This document shows, piece after piece, positions 33,608-44,968 of a stretch of DNA of 64,000 nucleotides. The stretch is from an uncultured Gemmatimonadaceae bacterium (GTDB lineage Bacteria; Gemmatimonadota; Gemmatimonadetes; Gemmatimonadales; Gemmatimonadaceae): NCBI GenBank assembly GCA_963829055.1, contig CAWHHI010000016.1:928001-992000 (forward strand), given 5' to 3'. Both the position numbers and the translations under genes were made by a program. The first letter of the stretch is position 1; each line of letters starts with the position of its first letter. Under the pieces are notes generated by a model. The model made no database searches, was not told where the DNA came from, and was given only the letters and a program-made list of their open reading frames with translations.

Positions 33608-36321
33608 TCAAAAGCCGTAGCTCACCTTCGCCCACAGGAAGCGCCCGTTGAACCCGAACGGCGAGATGCCGCTGTACGGGATTCATGCCGAAGTTCGCGT
33701 TGCCGGCGTAGTTCCGCGTGATATCGCCGTTGTCGCTCTGCACGTCGGGATAGATATCGAACACGTTATCCGCGCCCACGCTGAACGTCACGCGGTTGAG
33801 AACCTTGTACGACCCGCTCACGTCCGTCACCCACTTGGCCGAGAACGTCTGATCGGGCGGCTGGTTCGTGGCGGCGGCGATCTGACGGTTCGTCACCTCT
33901 CCGAATCGTTGCGTGCGGACGACGCCGCCAAAGACGCCCTTCGTGTAGTTCGCCGAGAGCAGCAGATTGTCGCGCGGTTGCGCTTCCTCGATGCGTCCAC
34001 GCTCCGCTCGGCCGAACAGCGCTTCGCCGAAACCGGAGAGCTCGGGCGGCGTCGGAATGACATCCGTGACGTTGGTCTTCGTGTGGTTGTAGCCGCCCGT
34101 GAGCCGCAGCACGCCGTTCCGACGGAAATCGATGCCATAGTTCGTGACGACATCGACGCCCTTCGTGCGCGTGTCGATCGCGTTCGTGAAGTAGCGCGCG
34201 CCCGCCACGTTGTTCAGCCCAATGGCCGCGAGTCGTGCCTGGATCGCCGCGCCGATGAAGTTCTCGGAGAAGACGATGCGGTCATTGATCCCGATGTCGT
34301 AGTAGTCGACGCTGACGGAGAATCGCGACGACGGATCGTAGGTCACTCCAGCGCTGTAGTTGGTCGACTTCTCCGGCTTGAGCGGCTTCGCGCCGAGTGC
34401 CTTCGCGCCATCGGTGCTGACCGGCAACGTGAGGATCTCGAGGAATTGCCCATTCACGAGGTTCGTCGCCGTGGACGAGAAGAACGATTGTCCAAGCGAA
34501 GGCGCTCGGAAGCCGCTGTTGAAGGCGCCGCGCACCGCGAGCTCCGGAGTGATGGCGAAACGTGCGGTCACCTTGGCTGTCGTCGTCGAGCCGAAGTCGT
34601 TGTAGTCCTCGAACCGGCCGGCGAGGCCGACCAACAGCCGCGACGTGACGTCACTCTCCAGGTCGACGTAGAGCGCGTAGTTGTTGCGCGTCGCATCCTG
34701 CTCGTCTGTCGGACGGAAACCCGGGAAGCCCTGCGCGCCCGGCGCGGGTAGTACCGTCGCACTGCCCGCGTTAGGTCCGTCGAGAATGCGCTGCCCGCCG
34801 TTGATCCACGACGCGTCGTCGCCCGCCTTGATCTGGTAATTGTCCCAACGGAACTCGGCGCCCGCCGCGGTGCGAATCGGCCGACCTTCGCCCAGGCTGA
34901 GCTGCTTGAAGAAATCGAGATTGGTCGTGGACTGCGCGAACACGAGGCCGCCGGCATCGAAATCCCGCGGGCTCGACGCGCCCATTGACGCGTTGTTGCT
35001 GTTCGCGACGTCGTAGTGCAGCGAGTTCCGCCCGAAGACCGAGCTCGCGTCCCATTGCCAGCCGCCGACCGTTCCCTTGGCGCCGATAGTGCCGGAGGCG
35101 TCCCAGATGTTCGTCTCGATCAGTGGCAGAAATCCATTCGGCCACAGCGCGCGCACCGTGTTGTTGCCGTTAGGCAGCCGCCAGTTCGCCGCCGACTCGC
35201 CATCGCGTCTGGCTCGCGCCGCCGAACGAGTACAGCTCGATGCCGCGCGCCGTCGTGTAGGAGCCGTTGAACATTCCCATCACGTCCTTCGTCGCCGCAT
35301 CGCCCAGACGAAGCGTCACGCGCTTCGGGTCATTGTTGCGCGGATCGCCGGCGAAGTACTGCTGACGCGGGTCGATGCCCGCGCGATTCGTGAAGCCGCG
35401 GTCCCGGTACTCGACGCCCGCGTGGAAGTAGTTCTGCTGGCCGAACACACTGCCGGCATTCGCCTGCAGGTGGGCAACCTCACCATCGTTCTCTGACGTA
35501 TGCCCCAGAGTCGCCGCCGCTTCGCCTGGCGTGCTTCCCTTCAACACGATGTTGATCACGCCAGCGATGGCATCCGAGCCGTACTGCGCCGCGGCGCCAT
35601 CGCGCAGGACCTCGATGCGCTCGATCATCGACGCCGGGATGGCGTTGAGGTCGACGCCGGTCGAGCCGCGACCGACCGTGCCGTTCACGTTGACGAGCGC
35701 GCTGTTGTGCCGACGCTTGCCGTTGACGAGCACCAGTACCTGGTCGGGCCCGAGGCCGCGCAGCGTCGCTGGCCTGACGTGATCCGAGCCGTCCGCGATG
35801 GACGGGCGCGGGAAGTTGAACGACGGCGCGAGCATCTGCAGGATCTGGTTCGTCTCGGTGCGGCCGGACGAGACAATGTCCGCCGACGTCAGCACGTCGA
35901 TGGGCACCGGCGACTCCGTGACCGTGCGCGCCTCGCCGCGCGTGCCGACGACCGCCAGCGCCTCGAGCGTGGTTGGCGAGCGCTCGAGCGCGAAGTCCTT
36001 CGTGACGGTCTGGCCGGCGGTGACGGTTACGCTGTCGTGCGTGCCGGTCCAGCCGATGAACCGCACGCGGAGCTCGTACCTGCCGGGCCGCAGCACGACG
36101 CGATACGTGCCGTCCGTCCGGCTCAGCGCGCCCGACTGCGTGCCGGTGACGAAGATCGTCGCGCCCGCAAGCGGTTGGACGCCATCAATGGCGGTGATCT
36201 TTCCCGCGACGACTCCCGACGCCTCCTGGGCGAGCGCCGGAGCGGGAGCTCCGAAAGCGAGCGCGCCTAACGAGCCGGCGAGCCCGAGAACGCGTGCGTG
36301 CAGACATTGGACGACATGCAT
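33608..36321 (-). CDS. TonB-dependent receptor (frameshifted)
   Basis: Signal peptide, carboxypeptidase-regulatory-like N-domain, plug motif IERIEVLRDGAAAQYGSDAIAGVINI, barrel strands, C-terminal ...VSYGF*. Confidence 0.92.
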
Positions 36322-36421
36322 GTGGACCTCTACGAATCGGGTGAAGCGTGCGACACCTCCGACCAGCAGCGGCGGAGGTCACTCATGGACCTAATGCTCG
36401 GTCGCCGCCGTGGCTAGAGCC

Positions 36422-36553
36422 GTCATTCCGAGCGAGGGTGTCATTCCGAGCGAGCGGAGCGAGTCGAGGAATCGTGCGTCGATAGAGGGCGCTCTACGCG
36501 ACGATCGCTCGGCCGACCGCTCGGATGCAGCCGCTGGCGCTCGTCGGAATGAC
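36422..36553. repeat. REP-like palindromic element
   Basis: Two tandem GTCATTCCGAGCGAG, then GAGTCGAGGAATC, closed by inverted CGGAATGAC at 36545-36553. Confidence 0.7.
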
Positions 36554-37441
36554 TCACCCGCCCGCGAGCCAGTTTGTGGCGATCGGCCAGCCGTGTTCCG
36601 CAGCCGCCTCTCGAAAGAATCCGAAGTGTTCGACCTTGGCGAGGCCGAGCGAACGCGCGGTGATGTGGCGATGCTCCACACGAGCATTCGAGTAGAACGG
36701 GAGCAGCGCATCCACCGCTCGACGCGGCGCGAACGTGTGGTCGTCGTCGAAGCTCAACGCCAGGATCGGCCCGCGGTACTGCGCGAACCGTTGCGCGGCG
36801 TCGCCGCCGATGGCCGCGACGAGCGCGCCAGGCGATCTGCACCACGCGGCCCAGTCCAGCGCCACTCCCTTCGGCAGGTCCTCGCCGAGGCCGACCTTGC
36901 GGCTCGGGAAGTACCCGAGTGCGTGCGAAGTCGCAGGCATGATGAGCGTCCAGAGCGCGCACAACACCCAGCGTTCGCGGTGTCCCCACAACCCCCAGTA
37001 GTTGTGCTGCGCCGCGACCATCAGCACGCGGCTCACGGGACTCGGGTCTCGAAGCAATCCGAAGATCTGCCCACCGACGCTGTGGCCGACGAGCAGCAGT
37101 GGGACGTCCGGTTGCCAGGCGGCCGCATACGCTACCACCGCGGGCTGATCGACCTCGCCCCACTCGCGCATGGACGCGACGAACCCGCGCAGCGTGCGCG
37201 GACGCGATCCTCCGATCCCTCGATAGTCGTACGTGACGACGGCGAATCCGGAGGAGGCAAGGTGCAGCGCGAAGCTGTCGTAGTACCGCCGCCTGACGCC
37301 GGTCGCGGCGTTGATGATCACGACGCCGCTGGGCGCGCGCTCGGGAGCGTACGTCGTCGCGGCGATGGAGAACCCGTCGGCCGCGGTGATGCGAACGTCC
37401 CTGGACCGCGCCCACCGGTGCGGCACGCCTAACGTGTCCAT
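36554..37441 (-). CDS. Alpha/beta fold hydrolase
   Basis: YDYRGIG, GHSVGG nucleophile elbow and HFGFF; GGAGG RBS. Confidence 0.9.
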   Translation of the reverse strand: MDTLGVPHRWARSRDVRITAADGFSIAATTYAPERAPSGVVIINAATGVRRRYYDSFALHLASSGFAVVTYDYRGIGGSRPRTLRGFVASMREWGEVDQPAVVAYAAAWQPDVPLLLVGHSVGGQIFGLLRDPSPVSRVLMVAAQHNYWGLWGHRERWVLCALWTLIMPATSHALGYFPSRKVGLGEDLPKGVALDWAAWCRSPGALVAAIGGDAAQRFAQYRGPILALSFDDDHTFAPRRAVDALLPFYSNARVEHRHITARSLGLAKVEHFGFFREAAAEHGWPIATNWLAGG

Positions 37442-37495
37442 ACCTCCCCGCGGCCGACCCTGTCTGTTCCCTGTTCCCTGGTCCCGGTTCCCCGT

Positions 37496-39436
37496 CTACG
37501 CCGTCCCCGCTTCGAGCTTGAGCGATCTGGATTTCACCTCCGCCAGCACCTTCGCGATGAATGCATCGACGGCCAGCGGAGCCGGCTTCTGCTCCTTCCC
37601 CGCCCCGCGCACGTTGATGGCGACCATGTCGCTCTCGGCCTCACGCTTTCCGATCACCGCGAGATACGGGACCTTCATGCGCACGCCTTCAGCGATCTTG
37701 TACTTGAGCGTCTCCGATCGCGTATCCGAATGCGCGCGGATGCCGGCGTCGCGCATGCGACGGGTCACCGCTTCGGCGACCGCCGCCTGGTCATCCGTGA
37801 TCGGCACCACGCGCACCTGCTCCGGCGACAGCCACGTCGGGAACGCACCAGCGAAGTGCTCGATGAGAATCGCCATGAAGCGCTCGAACGAGCCGCTCAC
37901 CGCGCGGTGGATGATCACCGGGCGATGCGCGGCATTGTCCTCGCCGACGTACGACAGATCGAACCGCTCGGGGTTCGCGTAGTCGAGCTGGATCGTCCCC
38001 AGCTGCCACGCCCGGCCTAACGAGTCGGTGACGTCGAAGTCGATCTTCGGTCCGTAGAACGCGCCATCACCGGCCTTGAGCTCGTACGGACGCCCCGTGG
38101 CATCGAGCGCCGCCTTGAGCGCGCCTTCGGCCTGATCCCACATCTCGTCGGTACCTACGCGGACCTCGGGACGCGTCGCGAACTTGAGCGTCGCCTCGAG
38201 GCCGAACGTGCGGTAGTAGCCGAGGATGAAGGACATGAGCTGGTGCACTTCCTCGGTGATCTGCCGTTCCATGAGGAAGATGTGGCAATCGTCCTGCTGG
38301 AACTGCCTGACGCGGGTGAGACCCGACAGCGCGCCGGACAGCTCGTTGCGATGCAGCACGTCGTACGTGTTGTACCGCAGCGGCAGCGTGCGGTACGAGT
38401 GCTTCTTCGACTGATACAACAGGTAATGCGACGGGCAATTCATCGGCTTGAGCGAGAAGTCGTGCTCCTTCGTCTCGTTGTCGAGCACGAGGAACATGTT
38501 CTCGCGGTACTTGCCCCAGTGCCCGGAGATCTCCCACAACGCCTTGTTGTACAGCAGCGGCGTCTTGACTTCGTGATAGCCGTCGCGCTGGAGCTCGCGC
38601 AGATAATCATTGATCGCATTGACCATGATCGTGCCGCGCTCCGTCCAGAACGCCGCGCCCGGCGCGTACTGATGGAACATGAACAGGTCGAGCTGCTTGC
38701 CGAGCACACGATGGTCGCGCCGCTTCGCCTCCTCGATGCGGAAGAGGTAGGCGTCGAGGTCCTCCTTCTTCCACCACGCGGTCGCGTAGATACGCTGGAG
38801 CTGCTGCCGCTTCACGTCGCCGCGCCAGTAGGCCGGCGAGGCGTGAAGAATCTTGAAATGCTTGAGGTACGACGTGTCCTGCACGTGCGGGCCACGGCAC
38901 AGATCGATGAACGGTCCATCGGTGTAGGTCGAGATCACCTCGTCCGGACCAAGGTCCTCGATGCGCTCGAGCTTGAGCGGATCATCGGCGAATCGCTTGA
39001 GCGACTCCTCGCGTGAGACCTCCTCGCGCACGAACGGATACTTCTCCGCCACGACCTTCCGCATCTCGGCCTCGAACGTTGCGAGGTCATCGGGCGTGAA
39101 TGGTTCGGGGACTTCGAAGTCGTAGTAGAAGCCGTCCTCGATCGCGGGGCCGAATCCGATCTTCGCATCGGGGCGCAGGCGACGGACGGCCGTCGCGAGA
39201 ATGTGCGCGGCCGAGTGGCGGAGCACGGCGAGCGATCGCGGATCCTTCTCCGTGATGACCGTGAACGCGCCGCCGCTCCGGATGGGCGTCATGAGGTCCT
39301 GCACGTTACCGTCGATGGAAACGGCGATCGCGTCGCGGAGGAGTCGCGACCCGATGGATGCGACGACGTCGCGGGCGAGGGTACCCGCTTCGACTTCGCG
39401 GGTGGCGCCATCGGGCAGTGTCAAAAGGATGGACAT
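37496..39436 (-). CDS. thrS: Threonyl-tRNA synthetase
   Basis: TGS domain, RHSAAH, DLCRGPH, RDHR, KPMNCP, LTRVRQF and GAFYGPKID. Confidence 0.99.
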   Translation of the reverse strand: MSILLTLPDGATREVEAGTLARDVVASIGSRLLRDAIAVSIDGNVQDLMTPIRSGGAFTVITEKDPRSLAVLRHSAAHILATAVRRLRPDAKIGFGPAIEDGFYYDFEVPEPFTPDDLATFEAEMRKVVAEKYPFVREEVSREESLKRFADDPLKLERIEDLGPDEVISTYTDGPFIDLCRGPHVQDTSYLKHFKILHASPAYWRGDVKRQQLQRIYATAWWKKEDLDAYLFRIEEAKRRDHRVLGKQLDLFMFHQYAPGAAFWTERGTIMVNAINDYLRELQRDGYHEVKTPLLYNKALWEISGHWGKYRENMFLVLDNETKEHDFSLKPMNCPSHYLLYQSKKHSYRTLPLRYNTYDVLHRNELSGALSGLTRVRQFQQDDCHIFLMERQITEEVHQLMSFILGYYRTFGLEATLKFATRPEVRVGTDEMWDQAEGALKAALDATGRPYELKAGDGAFYGPKIDFDVTDSLGRAWQLGTIQLDYANPERFDLSYVGEDNAAHRPVIIHRAVSGSFERFMAILIEHFAGAFPTWLSPEQVRVVPITDDQAAVAEAVTRRMRDAGIRAHSDTRSETLKYKIAEGVRMKVPYLAVIGKREAESDMVAINVRGAGKEQKPAPLAVDAFIAKVLAEVKSRSLKLEAGTA

Positions 39437-39607
39437 CGGCGGTCGATAGATACGAGTGGGAACCGGGAACTGGAAACCGGGAACCGATGGCGGCCGAAGG
39501 CCGTGACGGCGTCCGATTGATTCAGCATAGAAAGTGGTGTTTGCGAGCCTGGCGCGCGCGGAGAGCGCGGCGCGGTCAACGCGGACGGCGTGGCTTCGGC
39601 CGTCCGC

Positions 39608-39742
39608 TCAGCGCGTTCCGTCGAGCAGCGACGTGACCTGCGGCCCGTAACGGAAGTAGAGTACGAGCCCGGCAAAGAGCAGTACCACGAGCACTACCCA
39701 GGGGATCACGCGACCGATCGGAATGCGTTCTTGCGGCGGCAT
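39608..39742 (-). CDS. 44-aa single-pass membrane protein (below ORF-track cutoff)
   Basis: MPPQERIPIGRVIPWVVLVVLLFAGLVLYFRYGPQVTSLLDGTR*. Confidence 0.55.
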   Translation of the reverse strand: MPPQERIPIGRVIPWVVLVVLLFAGLVLYFRYGPQVTSLLDGTR

Positions 39743-39849
39743 CGTGTGATACAGGGTAAGTACTAGGTGGCCTTCTTCTTGCGGCGGGGTCGCGCTACAC
39801 TCTCGCTCAAGTTATCGTAGGCTAACAACCTCCGCCACAGGTGCGTGTA

Positions 39850-40629
39850 ATGTCTCCGCTTCGCTATCGCGACGACGACTCTCAAACGAGCGGGCTGCTC
39901 TACCTCGCAGCAGGCGCCGTACTGGGCCTCGCCGCAGGACTCGTCGTCTCCGATCGCTTCGGAGGATTCTCTGCGCTCACATCCAAGCTCCGCGACCGCG
40001 TCAGCCGTGTTCGCGACGAGGATGTGGACGACGAAGAGTCGGATGCCGAGGTCGACGAGGACGAGGACGATGAGGCGCTCGAGGAACGTGTCCTCGAGGC
40101 TTTCCGCAACGATCCGTTGCTGAGCGAACGCGCCATCGACATTGGCGCCATCGGCGACGGCATCATCGAATTGACTGGCTGGGTGCACGAGCCCGACGAG
40201 GCGACGCACGCAGTCACCATTACCCGCGGCGTGCCCGGCGTCGAGACGGTCGTCAATCGACTCGACGTGCGGATCGCCGGCAGCGAGGATCTCATGGACG
40301 AGATCGATGACGACCCGAGCGCACCGCTTCCCGGCGGTCGCTGGGAAGGACAGCAGGTCGGCACCGGCCGGCGGCGCCAGGGCAACTCCTCGGAGGCCGA
40401 CCGCCACGCCGATCCGAAGCCTGAGCTGGAAGATCGCTGGCTAGGCAAGGAAGAAGCGCTTCGCGAAGCCGCCGGGGAGACCGAAGGCATCGCCGAGCGT
40501 CGTCGCAGCGCAAAGAAGACGCCGAAGGGCGACCGCACCGGCGGCTCGCCAATTTCGCCCACGGGCGTACCCAAAGCCGATCACGTAGCCGATCCCGATA
40601 CGGGCCCGGACTCCATGCGCGCAGACTGA
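39850..40629 (+). CDS. BON domain-containing protein
   Basis: N-terminal TM, acidic linker, IELTGWV...VPGVETVVNRL BON signature. Confidence 0.85.
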   Translation: MSPLRYRDDDSQTSGLLYLAAGAVLGLAAGLVVSDRFGGFSALTSKLRDRVSRVRDEDVDDEESDAEVDEDEDDEALEERVLEAFRNDPLLSERAIDIGAIGDGIIELTGWVHEPDEATHAVTITRGVPGVETVVNRLDVRIAGSEDLMDEIDDDPSAPLPGGRWEGQQVGTGRRRQGNSSEADRHADPKPELEDRWLGKEEALREAAGETEGIAERRRSAKKTPKGDRTGGSPISPTGVPKADHVADPDTGPDSMRAD

Positions 40630-40655
40630 CGCGGACCGTTCCGCGACATGAGCCG

Positions 40656-40693
40656 ACGAGCCGCGAGCCCAGCCTCGCGGCTCGTTTTGTTTG
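40656..40693 (+). terminator. Intrinsic terminator
   Basis: ACGAGCCGCGAG/CTCGCGGCTCGT stem followed by TTTGTTT. Confidence 0.75.
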
Positions 40694-40772
40694 CGTGCCA
40701 CTCAATGTCGGTCAACCTCAGTCAACGGCAGTCAACTTCCGACGCACTACTCCTCGACTAACTTCCGGTCCC

Positions 40773-43583
40773 ATGAGTTCGAACGTGCAGGCCAACACAC
40801 CGACGACTCCGCAGCCCGACTTTCCGCCACAGTTCGATTTCGCCTCGGTCGAGCGCGAGATCTATGACCGATGGCAGCGGGCCGGAGCGTTTTCCGCCAA
40901 CGTGTCGCACTCGGTGCGCATGGATGGCGATCGACAGCCGTTCACGATCGTGATGCCCCCGCCGAACGTCACGGCTGTGCTGCACATGGGGCACGGGCTC
41001 GATAACACGCTGCAGGATGTGCTCATCCGCTGGCGGCGCATGTCCGGCGATGAGGCGCTCTGGGTGCCGGGCACCGACCACGCCGGCATCGCGACGCAGA
41101 ACGTCGTCGAGAAGATGATCGCGAAGGAAGGGCTCACGCGGTACGACGTGGGTCGCGACGCGTTCGTGCGCCGTACCGTGCGCTTCGTGGACGAGACCGG
41201 CGGCGCGATCCTCGGCCAGCTCCGCGCGCTTGGCGCGTCATGCGATTGGTCGCGGGCGGCGTACACGCTGTCGCCAGAACTGTCGCGCGCGGTGCGCGAG
41301 GCGTTCGTGCGGCTGTACGAGAAGGGGCTCGTGTACCGTGGGCACCGCGTGATTCACTGGTGTCCGCGCTGCCTGACGTCGCTCAGCGATGAGGAAGCGG
41401 AGTTCCAGGACACGCCGGGGAAGCTGTATCACATCAGCTACCCGCTCGCGGGTGAGCCGGATCGATTCATCACCGTGGCCACGACGCGTCCCGAGACAAT
41501 GCTCGGGGACGTGGCCGTGGCCGTGAATCCCGACGACGATCGGTATCGCGATCTCATCGGTCGCACGGTGGTGCTGCCCATCGCGAACATCGAGATCCCG
41601 ATCATCCCGGACAGCTACACCGATCCGACGTTCGGGAGCGGCGCGGTGAAGATCACACCGGCACACGACGCGAATGATTTCGAAGTCGGTCAGCGTCACG
41701 AGCTCGCGATGCCGATCGTGATCACCGCGACCGGAACGATGGGCGAAGAACCGGGACGCGAAGGCGAGCACGGCGATCCGACGGAGCGTGTGCCCGCGGA
41801 GCTCCGCGGCCTCGACCGGTTCGAAGCGCGCGAAAAGATCGCGTCGATGCTCAAGGCCGCCGGTCGGCTCGTGAAGGTCGAGCCGCATCAGCATGCGGTG
41901 CGGCACTGTTACCGGTGCGACACCGTGGTCGAGCCGCGCCTGTCGGATCAGTGGTTCGTGAAGATGAAGCCGCTCGCGGAGCCAGCGCTCGCCGCCGTGC
42001 GCGACGGCCGCATCCGCGTGGTGCCCGAGCGCTGGGAAGGCGTCTACATCAACTGGCTCGAGACGATTCGCGACTGGAACATCTCGCGCCAGCTCTGGTG
42101 GGGCCATCGCATTCCCGTGTGGTACTGCGATGCCTGCGGCCGCGTGACGGTGAGCCGCCACGACGTCTCGAACTGCCCGTCGTGCGCCGGGCCAGTGCGC
42201 CAGGACGAGGACGTGCTCGACACCTGGTTCTCGTCCTGGCTGTGGCCGTTCTCGACGTTAGGCTGGCCGAAGGACACGCCGGATCTGCGCGCGTTCTATC
42301 CGACGGACGTGCTCGTGAGCGGCCCCGACATCATCTTCTTCTGGGTGTCGCGGATGATCATGGCCGGCTTCGAGTTCATGGGCGAGGCGCCGTACCATAC
42401 CGTGTACCTGCACGGCATTGCCCGCGACATGAAGCATCGCAAGATGTCCAAGTCGTTAGGTAACGGCATCGACCCGCTCGACGTGATCGCGCGGTTCGGC
42501 GCCGATCCGCTGCGTTACACGGTGGTGGCCGGCATGGGCCTCGGCGTCGATATCATCTTCGACCCCGACGACCTCGAGAAGTCGTTCGCGCCCGGCCGGA
42601 ACTTCGTGACGAAGCTGTGGAACATCGGCCGCTTCCTGCTGACCAACGTGGGTACAGCGCCGGTGCGAACGCTGGCCGAGATCGATCCGGAGCGGCTGAC
42701 GCGATCCGATGAATGGATTCTCGCGCGCCTCGACGCGGCCATTGCCGAGTGCGATGCCGCCCTCGGACCCGCGCGCCCGAACGGCGGCCACTGGACCGTT
42801 CCGGAGCGCACGGCCGGCCTGCGACTCAACGACTTCGCCGAGACGGCTCGGCGCTTCGTGTGGAACGAGCTCGCCGACTGGTATCTGGAAGCAGTGAAGG
42901 CGCGTCTCGCGGAGGGCGCGGAAAACCGAGACGATCGCGAGGTCGCGCGAGCCGTGCTCGTGCACGCGTTCGACGGCGCGTTGCGCCTGCTGCATCCGAT
43001 CGTGCCGTTCGTGACCGAGGCGCTCTGGCAGCGGCTGCCCGGCCGACACGATCACGAGCTGCTCATCACGGCGAGCTGGCCGAAGGCAACCGGCATCCAC
43101 GACGCCGCCGGAGCCGAATTCGAGTTTATCCGCGAGGCCGTCAGCGCGCTGCGGCAGCTGCGCGGCGAGTACAACATCACGCCCGGCAAGTTGCTGCCGG
43201 CGCTCATCGTGCCCTCGCCTAACGCGCGTGCCGCCATGCTCGCCGAGTCGACGCTCATCGGTCGCCTCGCGAGGTGCACGGTCTCGCTCGCGGACGCTGC
43301 CCCCGCCGGCGAGGCGGCGGCACATCAGGTCCTGGCCGACGGATCGGAGGTCATCCTGCCGCTTGCCGGCACCATCGACGTCGCGAAGGAGTGCGCGCGG
43401 CTCCAGCAGGAGTTGGCGTCGCTCGAGAAGCAGCTCGGCGCGCTCCGGCAGCGACTCGCGAACGACGCCTTCGTGTCGCGGGCCAAGCCCGAGATCGTCG
43501 AAGCCGAGCGGCAGAAGGAACGCGAGTGGTCGTCCCGAAGCGAACAACTATCGGCCAAGGTAAAAACATTGTGCGGAGGCTGA
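40773..43583 (+). CDS. valS: Valyl-tRNA synthetase
   Basis: PPPNVT..LHMGH, DHAGIATQ, DWNISRQLWWGH, DVLDTWFSS, KMSKS and C-terminal coiled coil. Confidence 0.99.
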   Translation: MSSNVQANTPTTPQPDFPPQFDFASVEREIYDRWQRAGAFSANVSHSVRMDGDRQPFTIVMPPPNVTAVLHMGHGLDNTLQDVLIRWRRMSGDEALWVPGTDHAGIATQNVVEKMIAKEGLTRYDVGRDAFVRRTVRFVDETGGAILGQLRALGASCDWSRAAYTLSPELSRAVREAFVRLYEKGLVYRGHRVIHWCPRCLTSLSDEEAEFQDTPGKLYHISYPLAGEPDRFITVATTRPETMLGDVAVAVNPDDDRYRDLIGRTVVLPIANIEIPIIPDSYTDPTFGSGAVKITPAHDANDFEVGQRHELAMPIVITATGTMGEEPGREGEHGDPTERVPAELRGLDRFEAREKIASMLKAAGRLVKVEPHQHAVRHCYRCDTVVEPRLSDQWFVKMKPLAEPALAAVRDGRIRVVPERWEGVYINWLETIRDWNISRQLWWGHRIPVWYCDACGRVTVSRHDVSNCPSCAGPVRQDEDVLDTWFSSWLWPFSTLGWPKDTPDLRAFYPTDVLVSGPDIIFFWVSRMIMAGFEFMGEAPYHTVYLHGIARDMKHRKMSKSLGNGIDPLDVIARFGADPLRYTVVAGMGLGVDIIFDPDDLEKSFAPGRNFVTKLWNIGRFLLTNVGTAPVRTLAEIDPERLTRSDEWILARLDAAIAECDAALGPARPNGGHWTVPERTAGLRLNDFAETARRFVWNELADWYLEAVKARLAEGAENRDDREVARAVLVHAFDGALRLLHPIVPFVTEALWQRLPGRHDHELLITASWPKATGIHDAAGAEFEFIREAVSALRQLRGEYNITPGKLLPALIVPSPNARAAMLAESTLIGRLARCTVSLADAAPAGEAAAHQVLADGSEVILPLAGTIDVAKECARLQQELASLEKQLGALRQRLANDAFVSRAKPEIVEAERQKEREWSSRSEQLSAKVKTLCGG

Positions 43584-44968
43584 TCCTTCTCGTGGCCGTC
43601 GCGGGGTGTGCGCAACTTGGCTCACCCCCCGGTGGCCCCGAGGATCGTAATCCGCCACATCTGCTGCGGATATCGCCCGATACGAATGCACTGAACGCGC
43701 GGCCGAAGAGCGTCGAGCTGCGGTTCGACGAGATCGTCAACGAGCGGCCCGCGCGCGGCGGCCAGGATCTCTCGGCACTGTTTCTGGTGTCGCCGCGGAC
43801 GGGGCGCGTCGACGTCCGGTGGCATCGGAGCCGCATCGAGATCCGACCACGACGCGGGTGGCAGACGAATACGACGTACACGATCACGCAGCTCCCCGGC
43901 GTCAGCGACCTGCGCGGAAACGCCGACACCGCGCAGCATCGCTACGTCTTCTCGACCGGAGCGACCCGTCCCGCGACGGTCATCCGTGGCCGGGTGTTCG
44001 ACTGGGTCGCGGGCCGCGTGGCGCCGCGCGCGTACGTCGAAGCCGTCCACCTGCCGGACAGCCTAACGTATGGTGAGTACGCGGATTCTGTCGGGCAGTT
44101 CGAGATCCGCTACGCACCAGCGGGGCGCTATCTTCTGCGCGCGCTGATCGACGCCAACACGAACCGCGTACTCGATCGCCGTGAGCTGTTCGACTCGGCG
44201 ACCGTCACGCTCGGCGATTCCCTCACACGCGAGATGCTCGCGTTCGTCCACGACAGCGCCGGACCGGGAATCGCGGAAGTACAGGTGCAGGACTCGGTGA
44301 CGCTGCGCACCACGTTCGATCGCCCGCTTCAGCCTCGCGTTCCAGTTGTCGCAGGGCAGTTCTCGCTGAAGACTGGCGATTCGACCGTCGTCCCGATCGC
44401 GTCGGTCGCGCTTGGAACCGTGTACGAGAAACAGCAGGCGGACAGCGCGCGCGCGAAAGCGGTGGCGGATTCCGTCCGCCGAGTTCAGGAGGCGGACTCG
44501 ATCCGGCGCGCGAACCCACAGGCGGCTCCTCCGCGCCCAGCGGTACCCCTGCCAGCGGCGCCGCCGACGCAGAGACCCGGTGCGGCCAGGCGAGACACCA
44601 CACCGCCGCCGAAACCGAGCGCGCCGATCCCGGAGACGTACGCGATCATCAAGCTTGCGCGCCCGCTCGCCCCAACGACGTCGTACCGGCTCCACGTCGA
44701 CTCGCTCCGCAGCCTGCTCGGGATCGCGCGATCGTCAGACCGGGTGTTCACGACGACGCGCGCGCGGCCGCCGGCAGACACGACCAGGCCGAGGCCCGAT
44801 TCCGGTCGTCCGGCACCTCCGCGCCGTCCGCCCGGCGACGATGACCGTGCGGCGCTCCGACTGATCCGTAGCCTGTTCTCTTCCGTGCAACCCGCGCCAA
44901 CCGCCGGGTCGTACGCGTTAGGCACCGAACGCGGTTCGGTCGCGTCACGAGGATCGAGTCGACCGTGA
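43571..44968 (+). CDS. Lipoprotein with Ig-like (Big_5-type) domain
   Basis: Lipobox VAGC then AQLGSPPGGPEDRNPP, FDE and DLRGN; Pro-rich linker. Confidence 0.75.
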   Translation: MRRLILLVAVAGCAQLGSPPGGPEDRNPPHLLRISPDTNALNARPKSVELRFDEIVNERPARGGQDLSALFLVSPRTGRVDVRWHRSRIEIRPRRGWQTNTTYTITQLPGVSDLRGNADTAQHRYVFSTGATRPATVIRGRVFDWVAGRVAPRAYVEAVHLPDSLTYGEYADSVGQFEIRYAPAGRYLLRALIDANTNRVLDRRELFDSATVTLGDSLTREMLAFVHDSAGPGIAEVQVQDSVTLRTTFDRPLQPRVPVVAGQFSLKTGDSTVVPIASVALGTVYEKQQADSARAKAVADSVRRVQEADSIRRANPQAAPPRPAVPLPAAPPTQRPGAARRDTTPPPKPSAPIPETYAIIKLARPLAPTTSYRLHVDSLRSLLGIARSSDRVFTTTRARPPADTTRPRPDSGRPAPPRRPPGDDDRAALRLIRSLFSSVQPAPTAGSYALGTERGSVASRGSSRP

